Positions 11,401 through 23,015 of a stretch of 64,000 nt of DNA are shown here, one piece after another (position 1 is the stretch's first letter; every line of letters starts with the position of its first letter). This stretch comes from Owenia fusiformis. Lineage: Eukaryota. The stretch covers positions 37,200,001 through 37,264,000 of the forward strand of contig CAIIXF020000001.1 of NCBI GenBank assembly GCA_903813345.2, given 5' to 3'. The notes beneath the pieces were generated by a model. The model was given only the letters and a program-made list of their open reading frames with translations, was not told the origin of the DNA and made no database searches. The position numbers and the translations under genes are program-made.

Positions 11401-14400
11401 GGTATAACCACCATGTTATTATTAATTATCAAAAATGGTCCTTAAATTTTCAAAATTTGGCCCCAATTTTTGGTATTAAGGGCCCAATATTTTTTCCGCA
11501 CTACAGTCATTCCAGTTACTAAGTCAACATTCGAAATTCGTATGTTCATCAATATTTACTAAGAATGTTGCCACAATTGATGTTAACCTCTGGTTAATTA
11601 TTTTTAATATACCTATCAGCAAACGTGTAAATGATAATTTTGATGTTCTGTTACATATTGGTGAAGCAATCTTGGGGATATGGCCTACATTTCTGAATTT
11701 CCACTATGTCCCTGTATACCCCTACTTAAAAGATGTATGTTATTTGTCATTTTTCATTATGAACCAACTATAAATGTATGTTTACAGGGCGTTCAATAAG
11801 TACAATAAGTATTGCTAATTGTGCTATAAGTTTTGTTCTTTTTGCTTTTTCTTCATAAAACTTTCACAACATAAGGTACGTGTATCTGATTTTATTCTAT
11901 GAAAATGTCAAGAACATCGAATCGGTATTAAAAAAGTTATTGTTACTAAGGTGACCAGTGTCATGGATATGCGGGGCAAAGTTCTGACGTCACTTTGAAC
12001 GACATTTTGAGCGTTGAAAGCAGTATGATCAAATAATACTGTTTAACTCTTGGGATATGCAGTGCAGTTACAAATAATAACAGGGTCACTTCATGATCAA
12101 TGTTCACTTTATTAAGTGCTCAATATAGGCACCCTCAGCACCAATGTATAGTTGCTGTCTGGCAATGAAAGTGCATAAAACCTTTTGTGAAAATTCGAGC
12201 GATTTTTCTAGAATCCTCCTTCAAAGTGTTACCAAAGTGCTCCCCGGGAGTGGAAATTTCGTCTTGTGCAATCAAAATAATAGCGGGTAGAATTTTTGTT
12301 TGAGTTCATAGCTTACATCTCTAAATTTAAAAACATATCGCTTCATTGAGAGGTACATTTTGGCAATCTATCACGATAAAATGCTACATTTTGTGAAAAA
12401 CACGAGTTGACACGCTGACATTTAGAATTGAAATTTCCTACATAATTATCGACTCATGTTTAAAAGTCATGAAAACAAGGTTGAACATAAAACATTGACC
12501 CAGTTACTGTTTATTTATCATGGGATCGCTAATGGAAATATTATTAATGACCTAGATCGTTAACAGTTATGTTGTATTCAAAGAAACTTATCAATTTAGA
12601 AATGCAAAATGTTCAAATTTGTTTTTCAATTATAAAAATAACCACCTCACTTATTTTGGAAATCAAAGATGAACGATTTTTGAAATTTTTATTTTCGAAT
12701 GTTGACTTAGTTACTGGACTTGACTGACTAGGGCAAACGTTTGTCTGATTTGAAATGTGCGTAATTCGTGTTAACTTCTGGTTCCGCCAGTGGACAGTAG
12801 TAGCTAAAAACGTTTACACCTACACATGCAAGTTTTTTCAGGACCACACACCGTGGGTTGATCTGGCTGTGTCTGGCAACAGTCGGCATCGGATTCACAA
12901 CGTCCGCCTTGTGGTCGACAACAAGTTCCACCGAAACAGTTCAAATCTGGACAGCATTGTTCTTGAATGTTACACTCCTCTCTCAAGTCGAAACACGGGG
13001 GCAATGTATTCGGTATAAATGTAGGCCTCGGTGTTTGTTCTGATTTGTTAAAATAACAATATAGTATTACCAAGTGGCTATACATGTATACGTGTACATG
13101 TACGTACATGTTATGTTTCTAAAAGCATGTTAACATTCAGTTCAAATTTTAAAACTTTGGTTTTCATAAAAAACATTATGGTACAGTATTATTTAGACAC
13201 ACATTGTATTATTCTTTTCAACCTAGTAAGACATTCAACTTGAGTTTATTTCGAAAGTTTAGCTTAGCTTAAATTTTGTCAAAGCATTATTGCACTCTAA
13301 ATGAAATCAAGATGATGCTACTTAGGGTGGAGCTTTTTTGATATGCTAATTGACACACAAGGTATGGCATTTTAAAATATCTGGCAACTTTTTTTCCTAT
13401 TTTTTCTAAAAAATCTCTGAAATATAACTTTTTAGAGCCATGAAAAATAGTAAATGAATGCTAAAACAATTAACATTCTAAAAAATTCTTGCTTTTTCTA
13501 CGGATTTTAATCGACTTTGACATCTTTTTTAACAATTTTATACTTCTTGTTATAAAGATCAGTTAAAAGTTAAAAGTTATTTCAAATTAAAAATTGGTTT
13601 TTGAACGATTTTTTGTGCGAAATCATTTAAAAAGTTAGTTCTAATATTGAAACCAAGGGTACAGGTTTATTAAAAAGTTGTATATTTTGTTTTTCAAAAA
13701 GGTACAAACTTTGCCACCTTCCACATGTCACCGCAATACTTCATTACATAGAAAAAGTGTTAAAAATGAAATAAAACTTAATGTACTCTTTTCAATAGCT
13801 TTGAGAAGTTATGTATAATATATATATATAATGATACAATATGAAATAAATAATGATCGAAGCTCTTTTTGAAATTCATTTTTCGAAAAATGTTTACAGC
13901 AATTACATTGTCAAGACAGAGTAATAATTGAACAAGTAAAACTCATGGGGTGGGGAGGGTATTAAAAACACAAGATGTACAATTATAATGAATCTTATAT
14001 GATACTCCAAGTACACGTATATGATTTTTAGATCGTGTTCCAGTCAAGAGTTAAATACATATTTAACAAATAAATATAAATAGTTTCCGTGGCATTCCGG
14101 AGTTGTATACAACAATGGTGTAAAACTAAAATGATTATGATCTGTATAACCAAAATAAATGTACCAAGCTTTGAATTGGCTTTCGAGTAATGGAAAGTTA
14201 TTTTCTGAATATGAATTTGTGGTGAAAAACGAGATACTATATCAACCCACTTTTAATTTCTGCTGCGCTTTTGGGACTACAGATCCCGAAACCACCCCTG
14301 CAAAGATTCAACCTTGTCGGCCTTTTAGAATACATTGTTTGGTAGCCCTTCTTAACAGATCCGTGTCCCCTGTGGCATGTCATGGCAACCCACGCAGTTC

Positions 14401-14991
14401 TCTTACAGAGGTAATATACACATCTATTTTCCTTATCAGCTAAATGAAAATTGTTAACATTGTAGCTGCAGTCTAAAAAAGAAGAAAAATAAAAAGCGTG
14501 AGTAAAGAAGTAACGTATACATAATCACAATACTGAACCGCTACAAAGTCTACAGTATGTTTTTTCTAACATTCAAATTTCTCAAGAAAAGTATATTTTC
14601 GATTTTCCTCTGTAGCTTGATCAGTTGGATCATGCAAGTATTAAAATATTTACCCCTCAGGCTGAATGCACAAATGTGTGAATTAAATATTAGAAGAGTT
14701 GGGTTGACTACTTCAAATAAATACAGAAAATGATTGTGTTGATTTGGGTATCATCATTTTTGTTAAACGAATAAAGCCTTCCCATTGTTCTCTCATTCAT
14801 TATTTATGCATCCCCTAGAAAATAACGGTAAATGAAGGGTATCTAATTTTTAATAATTTGTTATTATTAATGAATGTCATGTCCTTCCGAAGTTTAATAA
14901 ATCTTGGCTTACCTTGAGTCGGGAACGCTGCACTTGTAAGACGTCCATGAAGAAATAACATCAATACTGATTTAGCAATTAAGTCCAACAT
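5454..14991 (-). CDS. Paralog B: secreted SP-CBM14-like-ICKx2-CCPx2-ICKx2-VWA protein, 9 exons, ~593 aa
   Basis: Exons 14991-14913, 14472-14251, 13039-12824, 10604-10499, 9828-9722, 9370-9080, 8791-8705, 8377-7973, 5722-5454 (sum 1782 nt, open frame, GT-AG). N-terminus MLDLIAKSVLMLFLHGRLTSA is signal-like. VWA has DIVFAVDTSCS...T...ILLSDG; the Sushi modules follow the C-P-NG...C...C...W/L...P-C pattern. AATAAA on the minus strand at 5377-5382. Confidence 0.9.
6016..6711 (+). mobile_element. Penelope-like retroelement 3' fragment (RT C-terminus + 3' UTR) in intron 8 of gene B
   Basis: YKLHDKKDDFNFDIVNFPHLDSNIPLNPAYGVYVSQLIRYSRTCS motif; the 3' UTR matches the copy at 23665-24820. Confidence 0.8.
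6859..7787. mobile_element. Tc1/mariner-type non-autonomous element, TA TSD, ~130-bp TIRs
   Basis: TA|cagcgcgtataaaaaaaacgcaacag...ttgttgcgttttttatacgccctg|TA, with an internal ~230-bp direct duplication. Confidence 0.75.
8872..8992. mobile_element. Small palindromic MITE; related copy at ~52225-52400
   Basis: tgctccgattcatcggtcggcgcccggccgactgag...ctcagtcggccggatcccggccgatgaatcggagca hairpin; the same family occurs in gene C intron 3. Confidence 0.7.
11504..12726. mobile_element. TIR element with ~33-bp TIRs and a nested mariner-like end
   Basis: cagtcattccagttactaagtcaacattcgaaa...tttcgaatgttgacttagttactggacttgactg. An internal tacagggcgttcaataag end matches the reverse complement at ~43810-43828. 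Confidence 0.7.
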
Positions 14992-17434
14992 TTTCTTTAA
15001 AAAATCAGGAAAATTAGATACTAACGTCTTTGTTTATTTATTTGAATTTTACTATGTTAACGATATAGCCTCACATGGACTAATCTGCCTGTTGATTAGT
15101 AAATGATTAAGATATTAATAGTGTAAATCAAAGGCGGAGAATAATCGAACATAAACGATGTGCTAGGTAATATGCATCCCCTTTAAAGCTAAAAATTACT
15201 GTCCCGTTCATATATATGGAAACCTCACTCAAAATCTAACAATAAAAATAAATCTTTGTATTTTCCAGAACTATTAGATATTTTTACAACACGTCTGAGG
15301 TCTTGATTCAGTTTGAAACAGTTTCCATTTGAACAGAGACATAAGAGACATGGGTCAATTGCCATTAACTTAACTGGATATTTTCTGTAACTCGATATGT
15401 ATCATTCTATAAATAGCTATACATATAGTTAAATAGATAAACAAAATGAGACGACTTCTAATTAATTGTTCCCTTGACATGAAATAAACAAAGTTGTCTC
15501 CCATTATGTGGTACACATTTACCACATTTATGCTACATGATAATGTGATGTAATTGTTCATTTAGATTTCAAAACCATTATCAATGTTATTGATTTAGTA
15601 TTGTTAAGATTCAATATGACTTATTCTTTTTCAGATGGCCATGTAATCAATGGTTACATGCAGTCAATAATGTTTTACATCGTTTATGTGAATCTGTTTG
15701 AGCCAACGTGCAGGAACAAATTCCTCAAAAATTAATTTAGAGTTTAAAATTTGAGCATTCCTTGTGACGACTTATCAAGGGGTGCTCCACATGCTCTTGG
15801 TAAAATACACCTCCCATTGTCATCGTTCTTGTATTCATAACTTTCTTCTGGACTTTATTTAGCATCATAGTGCAGTTTAGAAGGAATGATACTTTATTTT
15901 AATTGAAAATCGTCTTCCTGACCACTTTTCCATTCAGCAGACGACTTTTTCTGATTTTGTCTCGTAAGAATTTTTTCCTACCATTGGAAATTATGCTTCA
16001 ATATTTCAAATGTAATTAATTAATTAATCAATTAATTAATATCCAAGAAAACATTCCCAAGTTTGGTATGCCAAGCCAGCTGTTCAAAGTGAAGTTAGAT
16101 AAGACTATGAAAGACACTGGAAAGTTGCCCCCAATTTATAACAGAACTTTTTAATAAATACAAAATTCTTTATAATGGGAGTGTATTGGACATCATATTT
16201 CACATACATTACAATTAAAACCTGATGTCTCGACCTTTAAAATATATTTGATAAAATATTTATAAATATATCATATTTCAATGACAGAGAGTGAAAAGGG
16301 CATCATGCCAATAAAAAAGTCAAACGAAACGCCAACAATTTGAATTTGTAATCAAGTTGTTTTTGAAATATCAAACTACGTATTATTGAAGGTGGTTCTA
16401 ATTTCTTATTGCAATATCTTATTTTGTCGAAGTAAATTACTAGTAAGCTGATTGCAACATTTGGAACATCAGTCAGGCAATATACCTTATTGATGATTGA
16501 GACAAACTACATCAGATGGAACATTATTACCACCTTGCCGGGCCAGTTCTAGGGGTTTCAGTGCTAGTTTAGAAGGCATTAATGAAGTCTCTCATAAGCC
16601 GATGCCGGCTGGGCTGCTGTTTTAATTATTTATTGATTTTATATGATTGTAAAAAATTCAGCGTGAGACTCTAATAAATATATAACTAACTAACATTAAT
16701 TTTACTATATCGACCTGAGCAATATGTGACGTCATAGTGGTGGTCGAGAATGCATTTAACGACCGGAAATTTTCCCCGGGAAATTAGATATCGTTCAGTG
16801 CGTAAGATTTTCTTGCTGTTTCAGCCTGTTAACAAGAGGGGGATGAACACCAGAGTTCAAACATGACATACGCTTATAATGTAAACCTGTATTGAGATGA
16901 CATACACCTCTGATTTGTCCAAATCAATAAAAATGGCGGATTCAAAATTTTCTAAGAACGCTTCGAATAATATTATGTTGATTCCTGGCGTATTAACCAA
17001 TATCATAGCTTGGTTTTTCACATCAAGATAAAGAAATATGTAAGGAATATGTTTACATCGATTTAAACATCACGACGACGCGCTATGTTCGAAAATTAAC
17101 TGGTGAGAATTTGCGCAAACTAAATTGGTACCCAAGAGACGTATTATGTCAGTCATCGCTAATCTCTGGGACTTTCCCCCCTCTTGTCGTTAACGGTGGT
17201 AATAATACTAATAACGTTATTTCTGCGGGCAGTATAATGAAATATTGGACCCTGGGCCTTCGGCCCTCGGTCCAATATTTCACTATATTGCCCTTCTATA
17301 TTGCCCATTCCCCCACGAGCTTAAATGTCAAGGTTAATGATTTTTACTATGTTGCGTAATCATGATGTTGCGTGTTCGTTGCACAGCATTTATCAAATGA
17401 TTACGTAATCGTTTCTTTTGGATACAACTACTAA

Positions 17435-17928
17435 CACCCCAGTCACATTTCCTACGGCGACCTTGCGGTCTATCATTTCTGCGGCCAGTAACATTTCTAC
17501 GCTCGCCGTGGAATTTCTGCGCTCTCATACTTTTGCAGTCACATTTTCCACGGCAGCTGCACGGCAAATTTAAATTTTTGTTGATAAATAATACTTTTTT
17601 CATTTTATTTACATCAGGACAATTTTTAAATGTTATTCATAGTGCTAGGATGTAATATCAAATGAAAAGTGATCGTGAAACATTGACAAATAATTATTCA
17701 ATCTAATCTTGTTGAGCCAGTTGATTTCTACGGGGACCTCAGAAATGAACAAATATTATAACTCCGAGTAATAATTTCTACGGCGACCCTGCGGCCTGTA
17801 AAAAACTGGATACGCCGTACGGAGGCCGCAAGGCGAGCGTAGTTTTCCTACGCTCGCCGCAGAAATACACTGATTTAATTGATCTGCGGTCGACGCACGG
17901 CCTCCGTACGACAAATATGACTGGGGTG
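17435..17928. mobile_element. CACCCC-family MITE copy 1 (TWA-flanked, PIF/Harbinger-like)
   Basis: TIR caccccagtcacattt / aaatatgactggggtg, flanks TAA/TTA. An inverted partial copy lies at 18105-18220. Confidence 0.85.
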
Positions 17929-18728
17929 TTACACTTGCCAAAAGTTTGGCAATCTTAAGCACGGGATTGGATCGTCTAATTTTGACTTTTCAAAATAGTC
18001 TTAACAGTCCTAACACTGGGGAAAAACACTCGTTCTTTCAAATATGTGCGTCTCCATTTTGTTTTATTCAAAATACATTTTTGGAAAGTCCCCTGAGCTG
18101 GTTACACCCCAGTCACATTTGTCGCACGGAGGCCGTGCGTCGACCGCAGATCAATTAAATCAGTGTATTTCTGCGGCGAGCGTAGGAAAATTACGCTCGC
18201 CTTGCGGCCTCCGTACGGCGCATATTGAAAAGACATATCAAAAATCTAGAAAAATCTAAGTAGTGGAAAATATGTAAAAATCACTATTTGTACCCCCCGG
18301 TCTTATTTTATGAGGGAGTACTATAATAAGCATTTATATTTACTGTTGTGTTCCTCCAATCACATTCACATTTTCAGGAAATCATGGAACCATATATAGT
18401 TAGTTGTCATGAAAAGTTTGATCTTGATTGGTCAATTGGTTACCATGACAACACAATTTGATTGGAACAGATGTTAGCTTGTCATTTTTAATTTTTCAAA
18501 ATGAATGCAAAGTTGAGCTGAAGGAGTTTACAACAAGATAACATGATAAATATTATATATGAATAGGTTGACATATTTGGCTTTGGACCCTCCTCATGTT
18601 TGATACAACTACTAGTACTGCTCGATTTACCACAAAGTGGGCGTGGCACTTTTTGTTATTATGTTATTACATTTCCAAATAATTTCATGTTGACAGAATC
18701 ATATTAACAAGGGTCATTGATACATATA

Positions 18729-20279
18729 CAGGGCGTTCAGTAAGTAAAGCTAATTTTGCTCTCAAACTTTTATTTTTTGTCATTTATCTTTCAAATTTTC
18801 AGTGAAGAAGCATTTGACATTTTTCTAACTACCCTGAAAAATTAAATAAGATATGATGAATAATAGCAAAACAATGGTTGTCATAGTAACGTGAATACGG
18901 GTTCTGCGGAGCAATTTCTTACTTTAATAAAAATGTTATAATGCAATGAAATTGATTAAGATTAATGCTGCATATGTCTTTGTTTGCTATGGCTGAAAGT
19001 CACGACAAACATAACAACAACATACACAAATATGATATCATGGCAACAGTAGTCTATGACATCACAGACAGATGATACAACAGATGGAATGATCCAGAAT
19101 GATCCATCAGCTATGTTGTGAACGCGATTCGCAACTCTCAACTCCTACATATTCCATCAAGATAATGCGCCATCGCATAGGTCGCAAATGGTGCAGGATA
19201 CTATCCAGAAAACGCTGGAGATGGAGGTTCAAGGCCAGTCAGCGTATTCTCCTGACAAGGCAACGTGCGATTTTGGGGTATTTTCATGTTTGAAAAATGA
19301 TCTGCGTGGTAAGATCCACGCACATATCCATGAGCTTCAGAATGCCGTTCAACGTTCGCTGACAAAGAACTTTCCAGATGGCTTCCACAGGATATATCAG
19401 AAGTGGATAGAACGACATCAGCTGTGTGTGAAAGCTAAGGGGAACTAAGAAATTCTCCATCTAAAATGTCACTCGACTTTTTTGTGATTATGAGTCAAAG
19501 AAAGCATTCTTGAGTTTCAAATTGACTTCTGTGGTAACTTGAAACCATCTTCTAATTTATTCCACTTACCTTTTATTGTTTCTCCAAATATATTCTTTTA
19601 AAATCGGATTTTAAGGGTGTTAATCAGGGTAATTCTGTGCCATTTTATCAAAAATCGTGTTGCTATCTAGAAATGAGCAATTGTGATCTTGTTGTTACCT
19701 AGGAACGAGCAACTGTGATGTCACGTCACACTCATGTTAATTCTGGAATCACATGGCAGCCATTTTGGAAATTTCAAAAAAGTTCCCAATTAAAAAGGCT
19801 AAATGCTGTTTACAAATTGGAAACTATGGCAGAATCAACAAAGGGTTTGTGAAATAATTAGGATATGGTTTCAAAATTATGCACATGACAATATATGAGT
19901 ACTAAATGCAGGCAGGGACTTTTAATTGCCAAAAAGTCGAGTGACATTTTAGATGGAGAATTTCTTACTTTGAACATGAAATAGAATGCTAACTTGAAAG
20001 TAGAAATGTGGAATAGCCACAGAACTATGGTTGAAATATAGACAGGACAGAAACTAACGTTAACAAAATCTACTATGCTGTGAACATATAAAATTGCTCC
20101 GCAGAACCCGTATTCGCGTTACTATGACAACCACCATTTTGCTGTTATTCATTATATCTTGATCATTTTTTCAGGATAGTTAGAAAAGTGTCTGATGCTT
20201 CTCCACTGAAAATTTGAACGATGATAGACAAGAAATAAAAGTTTGAGAGCAAAATTAGCTTTACTTACTGAACACCCTG
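18729..20279 (+). mobile_element. Decayed mariner element with ~190-bp TIRs, TA TSD and a transposase C-terminal remnant
   Basis: TA|cagggcgttcagtaagtaaagc...gctttacttactgaacaccctg|TA. Bases ~19150-19447 translate to FHQDNAPSHRSQ...AYSPDKATCDF...WIERHQLCVKAKGN, the mariner catalytic-domain motifs. Confidence 0.9.
19448..19965. mobile_element. MITE nested in the mariner transposase 3' end (TA TSD, ~35-bp TIRs)
   Basis: TA|agaaattctccatctaaaatgtcactcgactttt...aaaagtcgagtgacattttagatggagaatttct|TA. Confidence 0.85.
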
Positions 20280-20559
20280 TATTATTATCTTGTATTGTGA
20301 GTTTAAACATGTTTTGTTAATTGGTTGTCATAGCAACACAACATAATGCATGTAAATAGTTGGAAGAGGTCATTTCAGGCAATCATTAAACCTAAATTGT
20401 CCTTAAGAATTGTTTTAGTGTATGATCTTTTTTAACAAATACAAGTTTTGATAATATTGACGTGCATTTACTATCATGGTAACACATCTAATAATGCGTT
20501 TTTTGAAATACTGCTGTTTGTCCATCTGCCCGCCCATCTGTCTAAGCATTTTCTGACTT

Positions 20560-21850
20560 TGGAGGTTGTGTCCATTAAACACTAGAAGCTAAACCCTCTA
20601 AGACGCTAGAGGCTGTACCATCTGATACCCATTTATTAATCACAGATTGGTGTTATATGTGACAAAATGGTGATTCTTGACATCTTAGACTTTAGAAGAT
20701 GTACCAACTTAGACTCTGTAGGCTATATCAAACTTAGATTATGGATGCTGTACCCATTTTACATTCTGGAGGATGTACCCATTACACTATAGGCTAAACG
20801 CTCTAAGACTCTAGAGGCTGCACCCCTCATAGACTCTGGAGAGGTTGCACCATTTTATGGAGGCTGGAAACTCTTGCATCTGGAAGGTGTACCATCTTCT
20901 CTTGAAGGCTGTTACCAGAACTCATCAAATGCTCTACAGGCTATATCTTCTTGACTCTTGTAGGCTATATTATCTTAAGACTCTTGGAGGTTTTTCCCAT
21001 CTTAGACTCTGATTTTCATATAAATCATAGACTTTGATGGCTGTACCATCTTTGATTCAAGAGGCTGAATCCATATTATACTCTGAAGCTACATCATATT
21101 ACATGTATATTAGTCTCTGGAGGTTGAATTCATATTATACTCTGGAGGTTGTACCAATTTTAGAAGTAGATGTACCCATTAAACTCTTGAGGCTGAAGCC
21201 ATATTAGACTCTGATTGTTATACTCATAGACTATACCATTTTAACTCTGGAGGTTGAACCATCGTAGGCTCTGAAGGCTGTACCATCTTAGACGCTGGAA
21301 ACCGATCCCATTTTATATATCTGGAGGCTGTGCCATCTAAGGGTCTGGAGGCTGTACTTAAATTAGGCTATGAATGCTATAACAATCATAGGATCTGAAG
21401 GCTGTACCATCTTAGACTCTGGATACTGATCCCATGTTATATCTGGAAGCTGTACCATCTTAGACTCGTGAAGACTTACCCACCTTAGGTTCTGAATGCT
21501 ATAGTAACCATAGCCTCTGAAGGCTATACCATCTTAAACTCTGGAGACTGGTCCTATGTTATATCTATAGGCTGTACTATCTAAGAGTCTAGAGACTGTA
21601 CTCATCCTAGACTCTGAATGCTATAGCAATCATAGATTTTGAATGTTGTATCATCTTTGACTCTGGATGCTAAATACATGTACATATTGCACTCTAGAGT
21701 CTGTACCATATTAGATTCTTGAGACTGCACTCGTCTTATACTCTGGAGGCGGTACCATATATATACTTTGAAGGCTGAACCAACCTTAGCCTCTTGTATC
21801 TGAACTAGATTTATGGTCTCAGACTCTACCATATTAGGCTATTGGATGAT
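20560..21850. repeat. Degenerate ~24-bp minisatellite (tagactctggaggctgtaccatct)n
   Basis: The motif recurs throughout ~1.3 kb with many substitutions. Confidence 0.8.
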
Positions 21851-23015
21851 ATGCTCTTGGTATTGAAGCATACCATATACGCTGGGGTTGAATCATATTC
21901 CATGTTATAAAATAAGTGTTTTCAGAACTTGCACCACACTATTTGCGTTTATTATGCTCTGTTACTCTGGCAACCCTTTGACCAATCATGTACAGACTCC
22001 CCATATCAAAAAATACCATCGGTATCCATGAGCCCTATAAATATAACTGTTAATGATTCTGTAAAAATGACATGTTTAGGAAATTATCACCAAAAAGTGC
22101 CAAGCCCACTTTTGACTACATAGAGTGGTAGTCACCTAATAGAATGGAGTCCAGAGTCAAATATATCATATAATTCATCATATTAATCATGTTATCTTAT
22201 TACAAATTCCCAAAATATGTTTTTATGGTAACTTAATGTTCATTTTTAAAATGATTTGAAGAGAAATGGCAACATCTGTTATTATATGAAGCTTCGGATT
22301 TACCTGAAATATTAAAGATTTTGAGTAATTAAATTGTGTTGCTATGGTAACCAATTGACCAATTAATATCAAACTTGCTGTGACAACTAACTATGTATAG
22401 GTGCATCATCCCTGAAGATTTAATCGTGATCTGAGTTATATATCAGAAATTATTACTGTTTATCATAGTACCCTTCACCTTTTCCACTCCTTAGATTTTT
22501 CTAAGATTTTGATATGTTGTTTTACTTACCAATGGCTATTTATTACACTAGGTTTACTCTGTAGTGCGATTTTTAAATTTTTTCGTGAATATTTACAACG
22601 ATTTTATTGGAGTAAAACAGAAATGAATAAAATGAAAATTGCTCAAAATATTTGTGAAGCGCTTTCAAGGTTTTGAAAAGAGAAATCTAGTGTAATGACT
22701 ATTAGCAGTATGGGAATATGGACAATAAGTTCCTTTATCAGTAGAATGAAATTCCCTTTTCTAGGAAGATTTTAGGATCACATAGAAATTCAACACAAAA
22801 AGTTTATATCTAGAGAATGTCAACTTAAAGAGAACAAAGGTTTCTTAAAGGACCTTAAAAATCTAAATCTTCCTTATTTGTTTGAAATAGTTACAAACAA
22901 CATTGACCATGGCATATTCATTCAGAGCAAGGATATCTGGAAATATGTTGTCATTGAAGAAATTCAAACTCAACAATAATGCCAATGGGTACAAGATTTT
23001 AACCAGATACTAATT

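Noticed and set aside
12824..13039. Granulin domain
   Set aside because: The pattern is C-C-CC-C-CC-C-CC-C-C rather than granulin's four consecutive CC pairs, and single 6-Cys units occur alone in genes A and C.
15700..15960. piggyBac transposase remnant (TMGGV-like) on the minus strand
   Set aside because: Too degraded: only one short motif and no termini found.
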